A stretch of 60,572 nucleotides of DNA, filler included, from Bdellovibrionota bacterium (lineage in GTDB: Bacteria; Bdellovibrionota; Bdellovibrionia; Bdellovibrionales; JAEYZS01): assembly GCA_963169515.1 (NCBI GenBank). It is 5 parts of 5 records of this genome, joined end to end, with 100 filler letters (N's around TTAATTAATTAA, not from the genome) between each part and the next. Parts side by side here need not be neighbours in the genome. Positions count along the whole stretch, not along the records: positions 1 to 23,414 come from CAUJEF010000160.1; 4 more parts are not named here. One strand, given 5' to 3'. The translations under genes and the position numbers were made by a program. Positions 10,405 to 18,710 of the stretch are shown here, in pieces. The notes under the pieces are model-generated. The model did not search any database and was not told the origin of the DNA. It saw only the letters and a list, made by a program, of their open reading frames with translations. How positions within the stretch are numbered: the first letter of the stretch is position 1; every line of letters starts with the position of its first letter.

Positions 10405-10980
10405 CTAGACTAAACCAGCAAGACCGTCTCGGAAATCATGAAGGTATTTCATGAGCTTTTCGATTTTATCTGCAAGCGCAATTTGAATAAGAGGGTGTAA
10501 CTTTGCAATTTCAGACTCGACCTTCGCTATGAGAACATCTACTTTTGCAACAAGTTTGTCGCGAGCGGCGAATATTCTGTCCTCAACCCCGGCAAGACGA
10601 TCTTTTAATTTTTGCAGCCTTGCGATAAGGTCCGCATGCAACGCAGGATCAAGTATTGCAAGATGCGCGTCTATTTTTGCTTCAAGTTCATCAATTTTTG
10701 ATAAAAGCTCTCGGACTTTATCTAAAACCTTTTTTAGGCCTCCATTAAGGAAATCTTTTGGATCAAGTATAACCTTTGCTGGATTTATAGAATTCATTTC
10801 TGCGTTAGCATCTTCTACGGCTTTATCGGCTTCAACAAGCTTTGCATCTATTTGGGTCGTGTCTACGTTGCATTCGGCACACAACTGACTTTGTCCTGCT
10901 TCGGTTAAAAATTTGCTCTCATATCCTTGACCACAGCCGAATAAAAATAATGGAACAAATAATAAAATAAATTTTTGCAT
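10405..10980 (-). CDS. coiled-coil lipoprotein, hypothetical
   Basis: Start MQKFILLFVPLFLFGC (lipobox) after an AGGGGG RBS; helical heptad-like body. Confidence 0.75.
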   Translation of the reverse strand: MQKFILLFVPLFLFGCGQGYESKFLTEAGQSQLCAECNVDTTQIDAKLVEADKAVEDANAEMNSINPAKVILDPKDFLNGGLKKVLDKVRELLSKIDELEAKIDAHLAILDPALHADLIARLQKLKDRLAGVEDRIFAARDKLVAKVDVLIAKVESEIAKLHPLIQIALADKIEKLMKYLHDFRDGLAGLV

Positions 10981-11003
10981 AGGACCCCCTTGAGCTCTTA
11001 CAT

Positions 11004-11019
11004 TGCAAGTGCGGGGCCG
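11004..11019 (-). promoter_or_regulatory. sigma54 (-24/-12) promoter candidate
   Basis: CGGCCCCGCACTTGCA = GG-N10-GC, about 24 nt upstream of the ATG at 10980. Confidence 0.55.
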
Positions 11020-11119
11020 CTGAAAATAAAACGAGTGTGCGGAAATTTCCAGAATAGTGTCTAGACCATGGGCCATGAAAAAGAGATATTCAGGTTTTAA
11101 AAAATTTTAGCGTCTCAGT

Positions 11120-11923
11120 TTAGAATATGTAAGTCACAGCAATGGTTGTAATAAGGCTATGCTTTGGTGAGTTTTGATTTCTGTCCCATATATCTCCAAA
11201 GGAAAGCTCAAAGACCCACGGTATTTGAGGAGTCACTGTATATGTCAGAACAGGTTGAAATAATTTGACCAACCCATCGTCACTTTCAATTGTCTCAAAA
11301 ACAAACCCTGTTTCATGTACATCATCCCATTTATAAGAGAGCGACAGACCCCATGATTTCTCTGAGCTCAAAATGAGACTGTCATTTTCCTTTTTAAATA
11401 AATTATAGCGACTGACAATCCGATCTGAAACTTTTGTTGTCATAGCGAATATGCCACCATTAAATTGATCAGTGAAATCATAGTTGAAGTTCAGCCGCGA
11501 AGTACTTCTTCTAAAAATGGTGTCGTCGTAAAGGTTCAGCCCGCGTTGAATATTTATATAGAGGTTTATGTGTGCCATCGGCGTTACATCCCAAATGGCG
11601 TCTACAGCGATCCCTTTGGATGCTTGCTCACTATCGACTCGACTGCCAATAAGACTCAAATTGAGAGCAACGACTTCGCTTGTTTCCCAATCAATTCCTA
11701 ATTTATAATCGAAAGCTTTAAAATCAGAAGCCTTTACGACATTTCCGCTACCCGAAAAATCTACTTTATTGCTGATTTCGACATGGCCAAATATCCCATT
11801 AACCCACAAACTATCTTTCTGAGACTGCGTTAATGAATAACCAACGTCAGTACTGGCAATAGAAAGTATCGGGGCAAGCACCCCGATACTGAAAATCAAT
11901 TTATTCAGTCGGCTGAGTGGCAT
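11120..11923 (-). CDS. putative outer-membrane beta-barrel protein
   Basis: Signal peptide, alternating beta-strand pattern, C-terminal YIF. Confidence 0.65.
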   Translation of the reverse strand: MPLSRLNKLIFSIGVLAPILSIASTDVGYSLTQSQKDSLWVNGIFGHVEISNKVDFSGSGNVVKASDFKAFDYKLGIDWETSEVVALNLSLIGSRVDSEQASKGIAVDAIWDVTPMAHINLYINIQRGLNLYDDTIFRRSTSRLNFNYDFTDQFNGGIFAMTTKVSDRIVSRYNLFKKENDSLILSSEKSWGLSLSYKWDDVHETGFVFETIESDDGLVKLFQPVLTYTVTPQIPWVFELSFGDIWDRNQNSPKHSLITTIAVTYIF

Positions 11924-12284
11924 CTGGTTGTGTATCGGCAGGTGGCTCTACCATGCCTGGCGCAGGTATGGCTTGTGAAGGCGCTGTTTGGCCATCATGT
12001 TTTTCTTTATAGATGCGACGATTTTGGCGATCTTGCATTTTCTCTAGTTTATGCTTTTCCCTTCCGGTTACAACGCCATCAGCAGCAGCTTTGTCTTGAG
12101 CTCGATCGATACGAGCTTGACCACGATTTAATCGCGCAGCTTCACGCTGATTAAGCTGTCCACTTGCAACACCCTGCTGAATGCGAGCCTCTTGATGAGC
12201 TTCGCGACGTTGATTTCTTGGACTGGCACTTGCAACTACACTGACCATTGTGATCAGTCCCATTGCAATAATTAAGTTTTTCAT
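11901..12284 (-). CDS. secreted small protein with repeated G.LT..E..RL-like helices
   Basis: Signal peptide ending ASA; ARIQQGVASGQLNQREAARL and ADGVVTGREKHKL repeats; AGAGGTG RBS. Confidence 0.75.
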   Translation of the reverse strand: MKNLIIAMGLITMVSVVASASPRNQRREAHQEARIQQGVASGQLNQREAARLNRGQARIDRAQDKAAADGVVTGREKHKLEKMQDRQNRRIYKEKHDGQTAPSQAIPAPGMVEPPADTQPDATQPTE

Positions 12285-12311
12285 ATTTCACCTCTTTGTT
12301 AAAAGTTTTTA

Positions 12312-13232
12312 TTATTCGCAAGTGTACAATTCAACCTGAGTTTTGTTTCCGTTTTGATCAGTCACATCCACAAGCCCACATTGATTTGTTCCAAAGTTAA
12401 TTAGAAATTTTCCACTCACTGATCCTGACAGATCAAATGTTAGCGTACCGGAAACGGGGTGGCAGCAGGAATTATCCCAGACGAGACCTGATAGATTAGT
12501 AGTTGCAGAGTATCGAGCGCGATTATGATCCACACGAATTGCCCCCGATTGAATCGAACGATTGCCCGAAAGTCTAGAGCCCGCGGTTACGACCGGGCTT
12601 GTTGTATAAACCGAGTGATCAAAACCTTTACTGCCATCCCCGCGAAAGCGCTGTCTATGAAGGCCCAGAATATCAAAGGTTCGGCTTGAGTCTGTAAATG
12701 TCGTTTTTATACCACCACTGATCGATTGCCCCAAATAACTTGAATGAGCATTAGAGTCTGTTTTTACATAACTTCCGTTCCAATTAGATCGGACGAAACT
12801 ATCTGCAGTACGAACAACGTATCCTGAGGTTGGAAGAAGCCCACCATTGATCCAGGAGCTGCAAGTACCTGCAGAGTCAAACATCAATTTGACAGAGCCC
12901 GTCAACACAAACTGGTTAGCGTTTCCAACGGTGCAACTGTCAAAGTTTGAAATTACAGTTTTATCATCCTCCGTCCCAACACAGTTCGCAGAACCAACCA
13001 TTGGTGTAAACCGATTCAAGCTGCAGCTCGCAGCATAGGCTTCTGGTAATATATTAACCGATTTATTTTGGGAATAAGCCGGGCTTTGTTCCACGTCATT
13101 TGCACCACTATTGATCGAACTCACAGCAGACTCAAACATCAAGACAGCAGAGTCATCGTCAAAGTCTTTTGTTTGTTGAATACCACAGCCACTTAAAAAC
13201 AGAGCAATTGTTATAAGCGCTAAATTTCTCAT
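12312..13232 (-). CDS. Cys-rich beta-strand lipoprotein, hypothetical
   Basis: Lipobox LSGC; several Cys residues; GGAGA RBS. Confidence 0.75.
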   Translation of the reverse strand: MRNLALITIALFLSGCGIQQTKDFDDDSAVLMFESAVSSINSGANDVEQSPAYSQNKSVNILPEAYAASCSLNRFTPMVGSANCVGTEDDKTVISNFDSCTVGNANQFVLTGSVKLMFDSAGTCSSWINGGLLPTSGYVVRTADSFVRSNWNGSYVKTDSNAHSSYLGQSISGGIKTTFTDSSRTFDILGLHRQRFRGDGSKGFDHSVYTTSPVVTAGSRLSGNRSIQSGAIRVDHNRARYSATTNLSGLVWDNSCCHPVSGTLTFDLSGSVSGKFLINFGTNQCGLVDVTDQNGNKTQVELYTCE

Positions 13233-13273
13233 AAAGATCTCCTTGGTTTAATCCACGGCGACGTACCATGATG

Positions 13274-13303
13274 GATTCAACGAAGCGGCAAAGCGAAAGT
13301 TGC
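13274..13303 (-). promoter_or_regulatory. ECF sigma promoter driving the lipoprotein operon
   Basis: GCAAC-N16-CGTT (GCAACTTTCGCTTTGCCGCTTCGTTGAATC); matches the motif in front of the sigma gene. Confidence 0.7.
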
Positions 13304-13389
13304 GAGAATTTTTTATTTTTAATTTATCTAAAAAACTGGAATAATTTCAATATGTTCAAGGGCGTCTCAAAACGGAACAAAAACTCAGC

Positions 13390-13420
13390 GCAACTTTCTC
13401 AACCTTTATCCGTTCAATCC
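13390..13420 (+). promoter_or_regulatory. autoregulatory ECF sigma promoter
   Basis: GCAACTTTCTCAACCTTTATCCGTTCAATCC = GCAAC-N16-CGTT. Confidence 0.7.
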
Positions 13421-13423
13421 GGT

Positions 13424-13984
13424 GTGGAACTGGATCACCTATTAATGTTGAAAATTAAAGATGGTGATCAAAAAGCCTTTAAGGAGCTTTTTAATAAATA
13501 TAAAGGGCCAATTATGAACTATATAAATACAATGGTTGGAATAAAAAGTTTAAGCGAAGAAATCACTCAAGAGGTTTTTCTGCGAGTATATCGTTTCAAG
13601 GATACTTATTCACCAACTGCAAAATTTACGACTTGGCTTTGGACCATTGCTCGCAATGCAAGTATCGATCATTTAAGATCAAGTCCAGAGTCCTCTCAAA
13701 TTACGCTGGATGATATTGAAATCCAGAAGCTCGAATCTCCGTTATCAAACGCAGAAGTGCTTTTGATCCAAAATGCTGACGTTGAAAAAATACACAGTTG
13801 TATGGACCGTTTACCTGCCAGCCAGAAAGAAATTCTGACAATGCATATTTTTGGAGAGTTATCTTATGATCAAATGGCCGACGTAGCAGGGCAAACTGTA
13901 AGCGCTATCAAGTCCGTTTTATTTCGAGCACGTCAGGCTCTTTTAGTATGTATCCAAAAGAACGGCACAGGTCATGGAAAATAA
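13424..13984 (+). CDS. ECF-type RNA polymerase sigma factor
   Basis: GD..AF..LF, EEITQEVFL, FTTWLWTIARN..ID, region 4 LSY...A......IKS.LFRAR; start set at GTG 13424, just after its promoter (ORF open from 13268). Confidence 0.9.
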   Translation: MELDHLLMLKIKDGDQKAFKELFNKYKGPIMNYINTMVGIKSLSEEITQEVFLRVYRFKDTYSPTAKFTTWLWTIARNASIDHLRSSPESSQITLDDIEIQKLESPLSNAEVLLIQNADVEKIHSCMDRLPASQKEILTMHIFGELSYDQMADVAGQTVSAIKSVLFRARQALLVCIQKNGTGHGK

Positions 13985-14315
13985 TTTTCTGAAAATATTA
14001 AAGCAAAAGCTGTCACTTCAAAGATCGTCCGATTTTGACAAAGTATTTTGGAACAAGTTCGACAAGGAATTTAAATCACATAAATCTTGGAACTGGAAAA
14101 TCCTAATGCCTGCAATTGCGACAAGCGCTCTGGTAATTACCCTATTCATAACAAAAAAAGAATTCGTTAATGACAAATCTGATTTGCTATCAACAAACGA
14201 AATACTCGAATCTCAGGAAATGCTGCAAGACATGGATTTTTTCGTTGAATTTGATGATATTGCAACAGATGACGCGGATTGGGCAATCTTGCTCGAAGGA
14301 GAGGACAATTCATGA
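13974..14315 (+). CDS. putative single-TM anti-sigma factor
   Basis: Overlaps the sigma stop; one TM helix followed by an acidic tail. Confidence 0.65.
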   Translation: MENNFLKILKQKLSLQRSSDFDKVFWNKFDKEFKSHKSWNWKILMPAIATSALVITLFITKKEFVNDKSDLLSTNEILESQEMLQDMDFFVEFDDIATDDADWAILLEGEDNS

Positions 14316-14515
14316 AGAACAAGCTTATTTTTATAATAGCACTGACGGCGGGAATCGCCTTTGCAGACGAAATTGATGCAGAAATTATTAATGACTTGGA
14401 ATTCTTTGATACATTAGAAATTGTTGAAAATATGGAGCAGTTCCAGTCCGACGAAATAATCGAAAATATACCTATAGAAAATTCTCAAACACCGCAAGAG
14501 GTTGGAAATGAATAA
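14312..14515 (+). CDS. small acidic secreted protein
   Basis: ATGA overlap, GGAGAGGA RBS, signal peptide ending AFA. Confidence 0.6.
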   Translation: MKNKLIFIIALTAGIAFADEIDAEIINDLEFFDTLEIVENMEQFQSDEIIENIPIENSQTPQEVGNE

Positions 14516-14930
14516 ATTAATACTTACCCTTAGCCTGCTGATATCGTGTGGCGCCTTTGCACAAGAAAATATCACGACAGAACAAACGTCTACGGTTTCC
14601 GCTCCAGAGCGCTGGAAAAACCTTTCTGAGGACGAAAAAAATAGAATTCGAGAAAACTATAGAAAATGGAAAAGCATGTCCCCAGAACAACGCCAACAGT
14701 TGAAACAACGCTATCATGCTTTCAGAAAATTTAATCCTGAGGCCCGCGCCCGAATGCTTAAGAATTATAAACGGTTTAAGCAACTACCCCCAGAGCGACA
14801 GAAACAAATCCGAGAAAAATATCGCAGATTTATGTCCTTGCCTCCAGCAGAGCGAAAAAAGCGAATCGAATTTTGGTCTAAACGCCGGAATAAAATTCGG
14901 GAACACCGTTGGAAACGTAATCGACATTAA
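14508..14930 (+). CDS. DUF3106-like periplasmic protein
   Basis: Signal peptide plus repeated W/F..L.PE.R units; typical ECF/anti-sigma neighbour. Confidence 0.8.
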   Translation: MNKLILTLSLLISCGAFAQENITTEQTSTVSAPERWKNLSEDEKNRIRENYRKWKSMSPEQRQQLKQRYHAFRKFNPEARARMLKNYKRFKQLPPERQKQIREKYRRFMSLPPAERKKRIEFWSKRRNKIREHRWKRNRH

Positions 14931-15481
14931 ACCGACCGTTTTTTAAACCAACCAGTAAAGCTCTTCCTGGTATTTTTGGAAACAAGAACTTCGTGTTCCA
15001 ATTTATGGCTAAGAAATGATACGAGCGTCCCACCACGCGGTTCAATGTCCACACATTCTCCGTTTTTATAAACGCGTAACTGTCCACCATCCGAGGATTT
15101 CCAATTTCCGTTCAAATATATAATAAAAGACATGACACGCAAATCATCGAATTTAAAAGTATCGATATGTTTTTTATAAAAAGCACCCGGCGAATAAACA
15201 GCATAATGGCCTTCGAAATCCCACAATCCCAAGTAGTACCGTTCATTCAAAGTTTTTTTAAAAATTTCTATCTTTTTCCAAAGGACCTCTTGCGCCGGCG
15301 TTTGTCTGTTTGCATCCAACCACATGATTTCATCGGTTCGAATATTATCATTAAGTTCGGCATCCTTTCCGATGCCCGCTCGTTTAAAAAAACCAAGGCG
15401 ATAAAAATCGTCCACTTCACGAGACAGAACGCTCACCTCGTGAGGTGAAAGAAAATTTCTAGTTACAAACACTTCCTCCAT
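14927..15481 (-). CDS. 2OG-Fe(II) oxygenase (prolyl-hydroxylase-like)
   Basis: IRTD.I.W, YKKHID (HxD), YLN..W, GGQLR, HEV, R.S.TGW. Confidence 0.9.
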   Translation of the reverse strand: MEEVFVTRNFLSPHEVSVLSREVDDFYRLGFFKRAGIGKDAELNDNIRTDEIMWLDANRQTPAQEVLWKKIEIFKKTLNERYYLGLWDFEGHYAVYSPGAFYKKHIDTFKFDDLRVMSFIIYLNGNWKSSDGGQLRVYKNGECVDIEPRGGTLVSFLSHKLEHEVLVSKNTRKSFTGWFKKRSV

Positions 15482-16542
15482 TATACTTTCCCCTTAAAAA
15501 CGAGAAAAGTGACCGGTATTCCGCCATTTTGAAAATTCAGAGAATCCAATTTTTCTATTCCTGGTAGTTTAAATTTTGCATACCTTCGCGGCACAATACA
15601 ACCAAATGCCAGCGGCTTCAGTTTGGAGAGTGCTATCAGTAAGTCCATGTAATAGTCCTCTGGAATTTTTGGCAATTTAATTTTTTTTCCATAAGGTGGA
15701 TTAACAATTACAAGCGCATCGGGAAACTGAATTTGGTCTTCAACGAAAACGTCACGAACAGATACTTCATACGGGACAGGTGAGTTCTTTAAATTCATTC
15801 GTGCAAGATTCACAGTTTTCTCATCGATATCAAATCCGATCAGCCTTTCTGCGCTTGGATCCGAGGACCAAGAATACGTCTTTGCATTTTTAAATTTTTG
15901 GAATGCAAAGGTTCGCTTTATGCTAGAGGTCCCTGCCGCTTCCAGTAAGAAAGTTCCACTACCACACATCGGATCGATAACTTTAGCGCTCTTAACTTTG
16001 GCGACGTTGGTTAAACATTTCAAAAGACCAGCCGCTATATTTTCACGCAGTGGCGCCTGATTAATTAAGGTCTTTTCCCCACGCTTGTGTAGTAGTTCTC
16101 CGGTTGTATCTAGACTTACAGTACAAATATCGTCGTATATGCGTATAAAAATTTGATGCACGAACTGCTTTTCATTAAGCTCAGGTTTAAATGCGTCCAT
16201 GGCGGCTTTTAAAATTTTTTTCTCGTTAAGTAGGCGTGATTTCTGACTTGATACTTTAATACGAAAATTTCTGTTTGGTAAAAATTGAGTGAATTTTACT
16301 CTTTTTAGGCGATTAAAAAGCTTTGGAAAATCCTTGCAAGAGAACTCTTCAAGCCGAAGTAGAACTCTAGCCGGTATCTTCAGATAGTTTAAAGCAAGCC
16401 CATTTTCAAGCGAGCACTGCAATTCAAGACCACCTCTAACAGGGGTAGCTATCAAATTGAATTTTTCTTTTAGTTCTTGCATCGCCAAACCCTCAAAACC
16501 GGGGGGTACAACCAGAAAAAATTGAAAAAGATCTTGCTTCAT
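15481..16542 (-). CDS. THUMP-domain RNA methyltransferase (RlmL/YpsC-like)
   Basis: SLDTTGE.LHKRG, APLRENIAA, DPMCGSGT, NPPYG. Confidence 0.88.
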   Translation of the reverse strand: MKQDLFQFFLVVPPGFEGLAMQELKEKFNLIATPVRGGLELQCSLENGLALNYLKIPARVLLRLEEFSCKDFPKLFNRLKRVKFTQFLPNRNFRIKVSSQKSRLLNEKKILKAAMDAFKPELNEKQFVHQIFIRIYDDICTVSLDTTGELLHKRGEKTLINQAPLRENIAAGLLKCLTNVAKVKSAKVIDPMCGSGTFLLEAAGTSSIKRTFAFQKFKNAKTYSWSSDPSAERLIGFDIDEKTVNLARMNLKNSPVPYEVSVRDVFVEDQIQFPDALVIVNPPYGKKIKLPKIPEDYYMDLLIALSKLKPLAFGCIVPRRYAKFKLPGIEKLDSLNFQNGGIPVTFLVFKGKV

Positions 16543-16572
16543 CCACACACTCTTAGCATATAACAACCCTAA

Positions 16573-17802
16573 ATGAACACTAAAACCCTACTTACGAACA
16601 AAGGCTTTGAAAAGCTGACCACCGGTCATCCATGGCTATTAAACCATGACTTCAAGGATCTGAGCGAGCTACCATCCAAAACTTGTTTGGTTCATGTTGG
16701 TGAACATTGGTTTTTCAATTCCCCGATGAGTAAAATTCGACTGCGAAGATTCGGTCCGACAACTCGAGACTGGAAAAAAATAGATATCGATAGCATACAT
16801 GATCCTCTTCAGTTTGAGAGATTTTTTGGAGACTTTCTTGTACAAACTCTTATCGAGAAGTTAGTATTTAAAAAAGATGTCCTGATCAAAGGCAACGAAG
16901 ACCTCTGCCTACGTTGGGTTTTTTCTGAAAGCGACCTCCTGCCCGGGCTGATCGTTGACATTTTTAAAAATAAACTAGCTTGTCAGATACTGACCGCCCC
17001 AGTTCAACTTTTTTGGCCTGTTTTTAAGGATGCGCTTGAAAAGGCATTCACAACTGTTCAAAAGCAAAAACCTGAATTTATTGAGCTTAAAAATTCTTCA
17101 GTTAGGACAAAAGAGGGCCTTGATGTCATCGAAACAGAAGAGTTCAGTAGCGATTGGTATCTATGGAATGGTTTATATTGGTGGATGACCCCGGGCGGAG
17201 AACAAAAAACCGGGGCCTACCTTGATCAAAAAATTAATCATAAAGAAGCTGTTCGGTGGATGGAGAATTTGAATCTTTCTGAAACCTGGGATTTATGTTC
17301 TTTTGAGGGCGGCTTTGGACTTCATATTGCAAAATCCGAGAGGCCCGTGGCTGCTGTTGATCAATCACAAAATGCACTTGAGACAGCCAAAAAAAATGCT
17401 CAGAGAAATGAGATCTCAGAACGATCCTACACTACGATTCGAGAGGATATATTTACGTTCTTACGCCGGCAATATGACAATAAGGCCACGGTTGACACTA
17501 TTATTTTGGACCCTCCGAGCTTCGTAAAATCTAAAATGGAACTTGCAAACGCGATGAAGGGTTACAAGGAACTAAATCTTCGATCGATGCATTGTTTGAA
17601 GTCCGGAGGATTACTTGTTTCTTGCGCCTGTTCACACAACGTCAGCCGCGAAGATTATTTGTATATGTTGAGATCAGCAGCCCACGATACGCGCAGGACG
17701 GTTCATGTTCTCGACGTAAAAGGTCCAAGCCCCGACCATTCCCCACTGATCAACTTCCCCGAGTCCAATTACCTACAAGCCTGGTTTCTTCGCATCGAAT
17801 AG
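16573..17802 (+). CDS. RlmI-like class I SAM rRNA methyltransferase
   Basis: GHPW, SESD.LPGLIVD, QKTG.YLDQ, ILDPPSF, SCACS, PESNYL. Confidence 0.88.
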   Translation: MNTKTLLTNKGFEKLTTGHPWLLNHDFKDLSELPSKTCLVHVGEHWFFNSPMSKIRLRRFGPTTRDWKKIDIDSIHDPLQFERFFGDFLVQTLIEKLVFKKDVLIKGNEDLCLRWVFSESDLLPGLIVDIFKNKLACQILTAPVQLFWPVFKDALEKAFTTVQKQKPEFIELKNSSVRTKEGLDVIETEEFSSDWYLWNGLYWWMTPGGEQKTGAYLDQKINHKEAVRWMENLNLSETWDLCSFEGGFGLHIAKSERPVAAVDQSQNALETAKKNAQRNEISERSYTTIREDIFTFLRRQYDNKATVDTIILDPPSFVKSKMELANAMKGYKELNLRSMHCLKSGGLLVSCACSHNVSREDYLYMLRSAAHDTRRTVHVLDVKGPSPDHSPLINFPESNYLQAWFLRIE

Positions 17803-17883
17803 GTACGCCGTTCCCTTTCAGGAGACAGTGCATCAGGCTGAATCAGCCTGATGCACTGTCTCCTGAAAGGGAACGGCGTACCT
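17801..17883. repeat. 83-bp perfect palindrome (REPIN/MITE-like element, copy 1)
   Basis: 41-bp arms AGGTACGCCGTTCCCTTTCAGGAGACAGTGCATCAGGCTGA and its reverse complement; same outer arms at 59506-59594. Confidence 0.9.
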
Positions 17884-18533
17884 TAGCGGCAAGACCTGGT
17901 TTGTAAGTGATATAAAATTCCAGCAGAAACATCCATACTATCTACTGTCGCAAGAACATCTTCTCCGCGATAATTACTATTAACCATCATGGATGCATTC
18001 ACGCGAAGAATAACGTCCTTTCCACATGCAGACCAAATTTGACCTGTCAATATAAGGTCATTTTCAACTAGATAATCTGTAAATGTTGGTCCTCTAAACA
18101 TTCTTGCCATGCGCGGACCACGAGATGGCGGCTGACCTGGCCCCTGTAAGAAATATTCTGCGGACAGTCGCGCAACACCACCAGCCGGTAGCGATAGTAG
18201 GCCCCGATAATCAACTCCAACCAGTGAGAAGCTAAGACCTTGTGGTACGTGAACTGGAATTCCGATCGTACAATTTTTTGCAGCCGTAGTGGCGCCTGTT
18301 GACGCCCGTCCCGCCTGAGCGACGAATTCGCTCAGTAAGATACTAAGCGCCGATCTGTCATCACTAAGCACAGTCGCAACTGAACCAATCGGACAGCCCG
18401 TACCATTGTAACCAGGCTCACCCAGTCGAATAGTGTCCTTAACCGGCGCTGGTTCCCAAAACTGCGCGTTGGCTACGGCTCCAACAACCATCACAGAGAA
18501 AAATATCAAGCTAAATATATTGTACCTTTTCAT
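17883..18533 (-). CDS. DUF4360 domain secreted protein
   Basis: Signal peptide; NGTGCP.GS, KNC.I..PV.VPQG.S, DYRG, WSACG. Confidence 0.85.
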   Translation of the reverse strand: MKRYNIFSLIFFSVMVVGAVANAQFWEPAPVKDTIRLGEPGYNGTGCPIGSVATVLSDDRSALSILLSEFVAQAGRASTGATTAAKNCTIGIPVHVPQGLSFSLVGVDYRGLLSLPAGGVARLSAEYFLQGPGQPPSRGPRMARMFRGPTFTDYLVENDLILTGQIWSACGKDVILRVNASMMVNSNYRGEDVLATVDSMDVSAGILYHLQTRSCR

Positions 18534-18559
18534 AAGCACCCCCCTTGCTAAATTGGTTT

Positions 18560-18576
18560 TGCAACCAACATACCAA
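18560..18576 (-). promoter_or_regulatory. sigma54 (-24/-12) promoter candidate
   Basis: TTGGTATGTTGGTTGCA = GG-N10-GC, about 27 nt upstream of the ATG at 18533. Confidence 0.65.
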
Positions 18577-18710
18577 CCGTCAGCGCAAAACTGTGACGGT
18601 TTCATTGTTTTCTGGAATAAACTGACACTGGGGCGGTTAGTCCGCCAGAGCCAAACCGCGCCAAATTAAATTTATATTACAGATAGATTATTATTATTGT
18701 TTAATAAACT

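Noticed and set aside
17801..17883. Palindromic repeat as a CRISPR repeat or a plain terminator
   Set aside because: No repeat-spacer array or cas genes; too long, no U-tract, and the same arms recur on another contig
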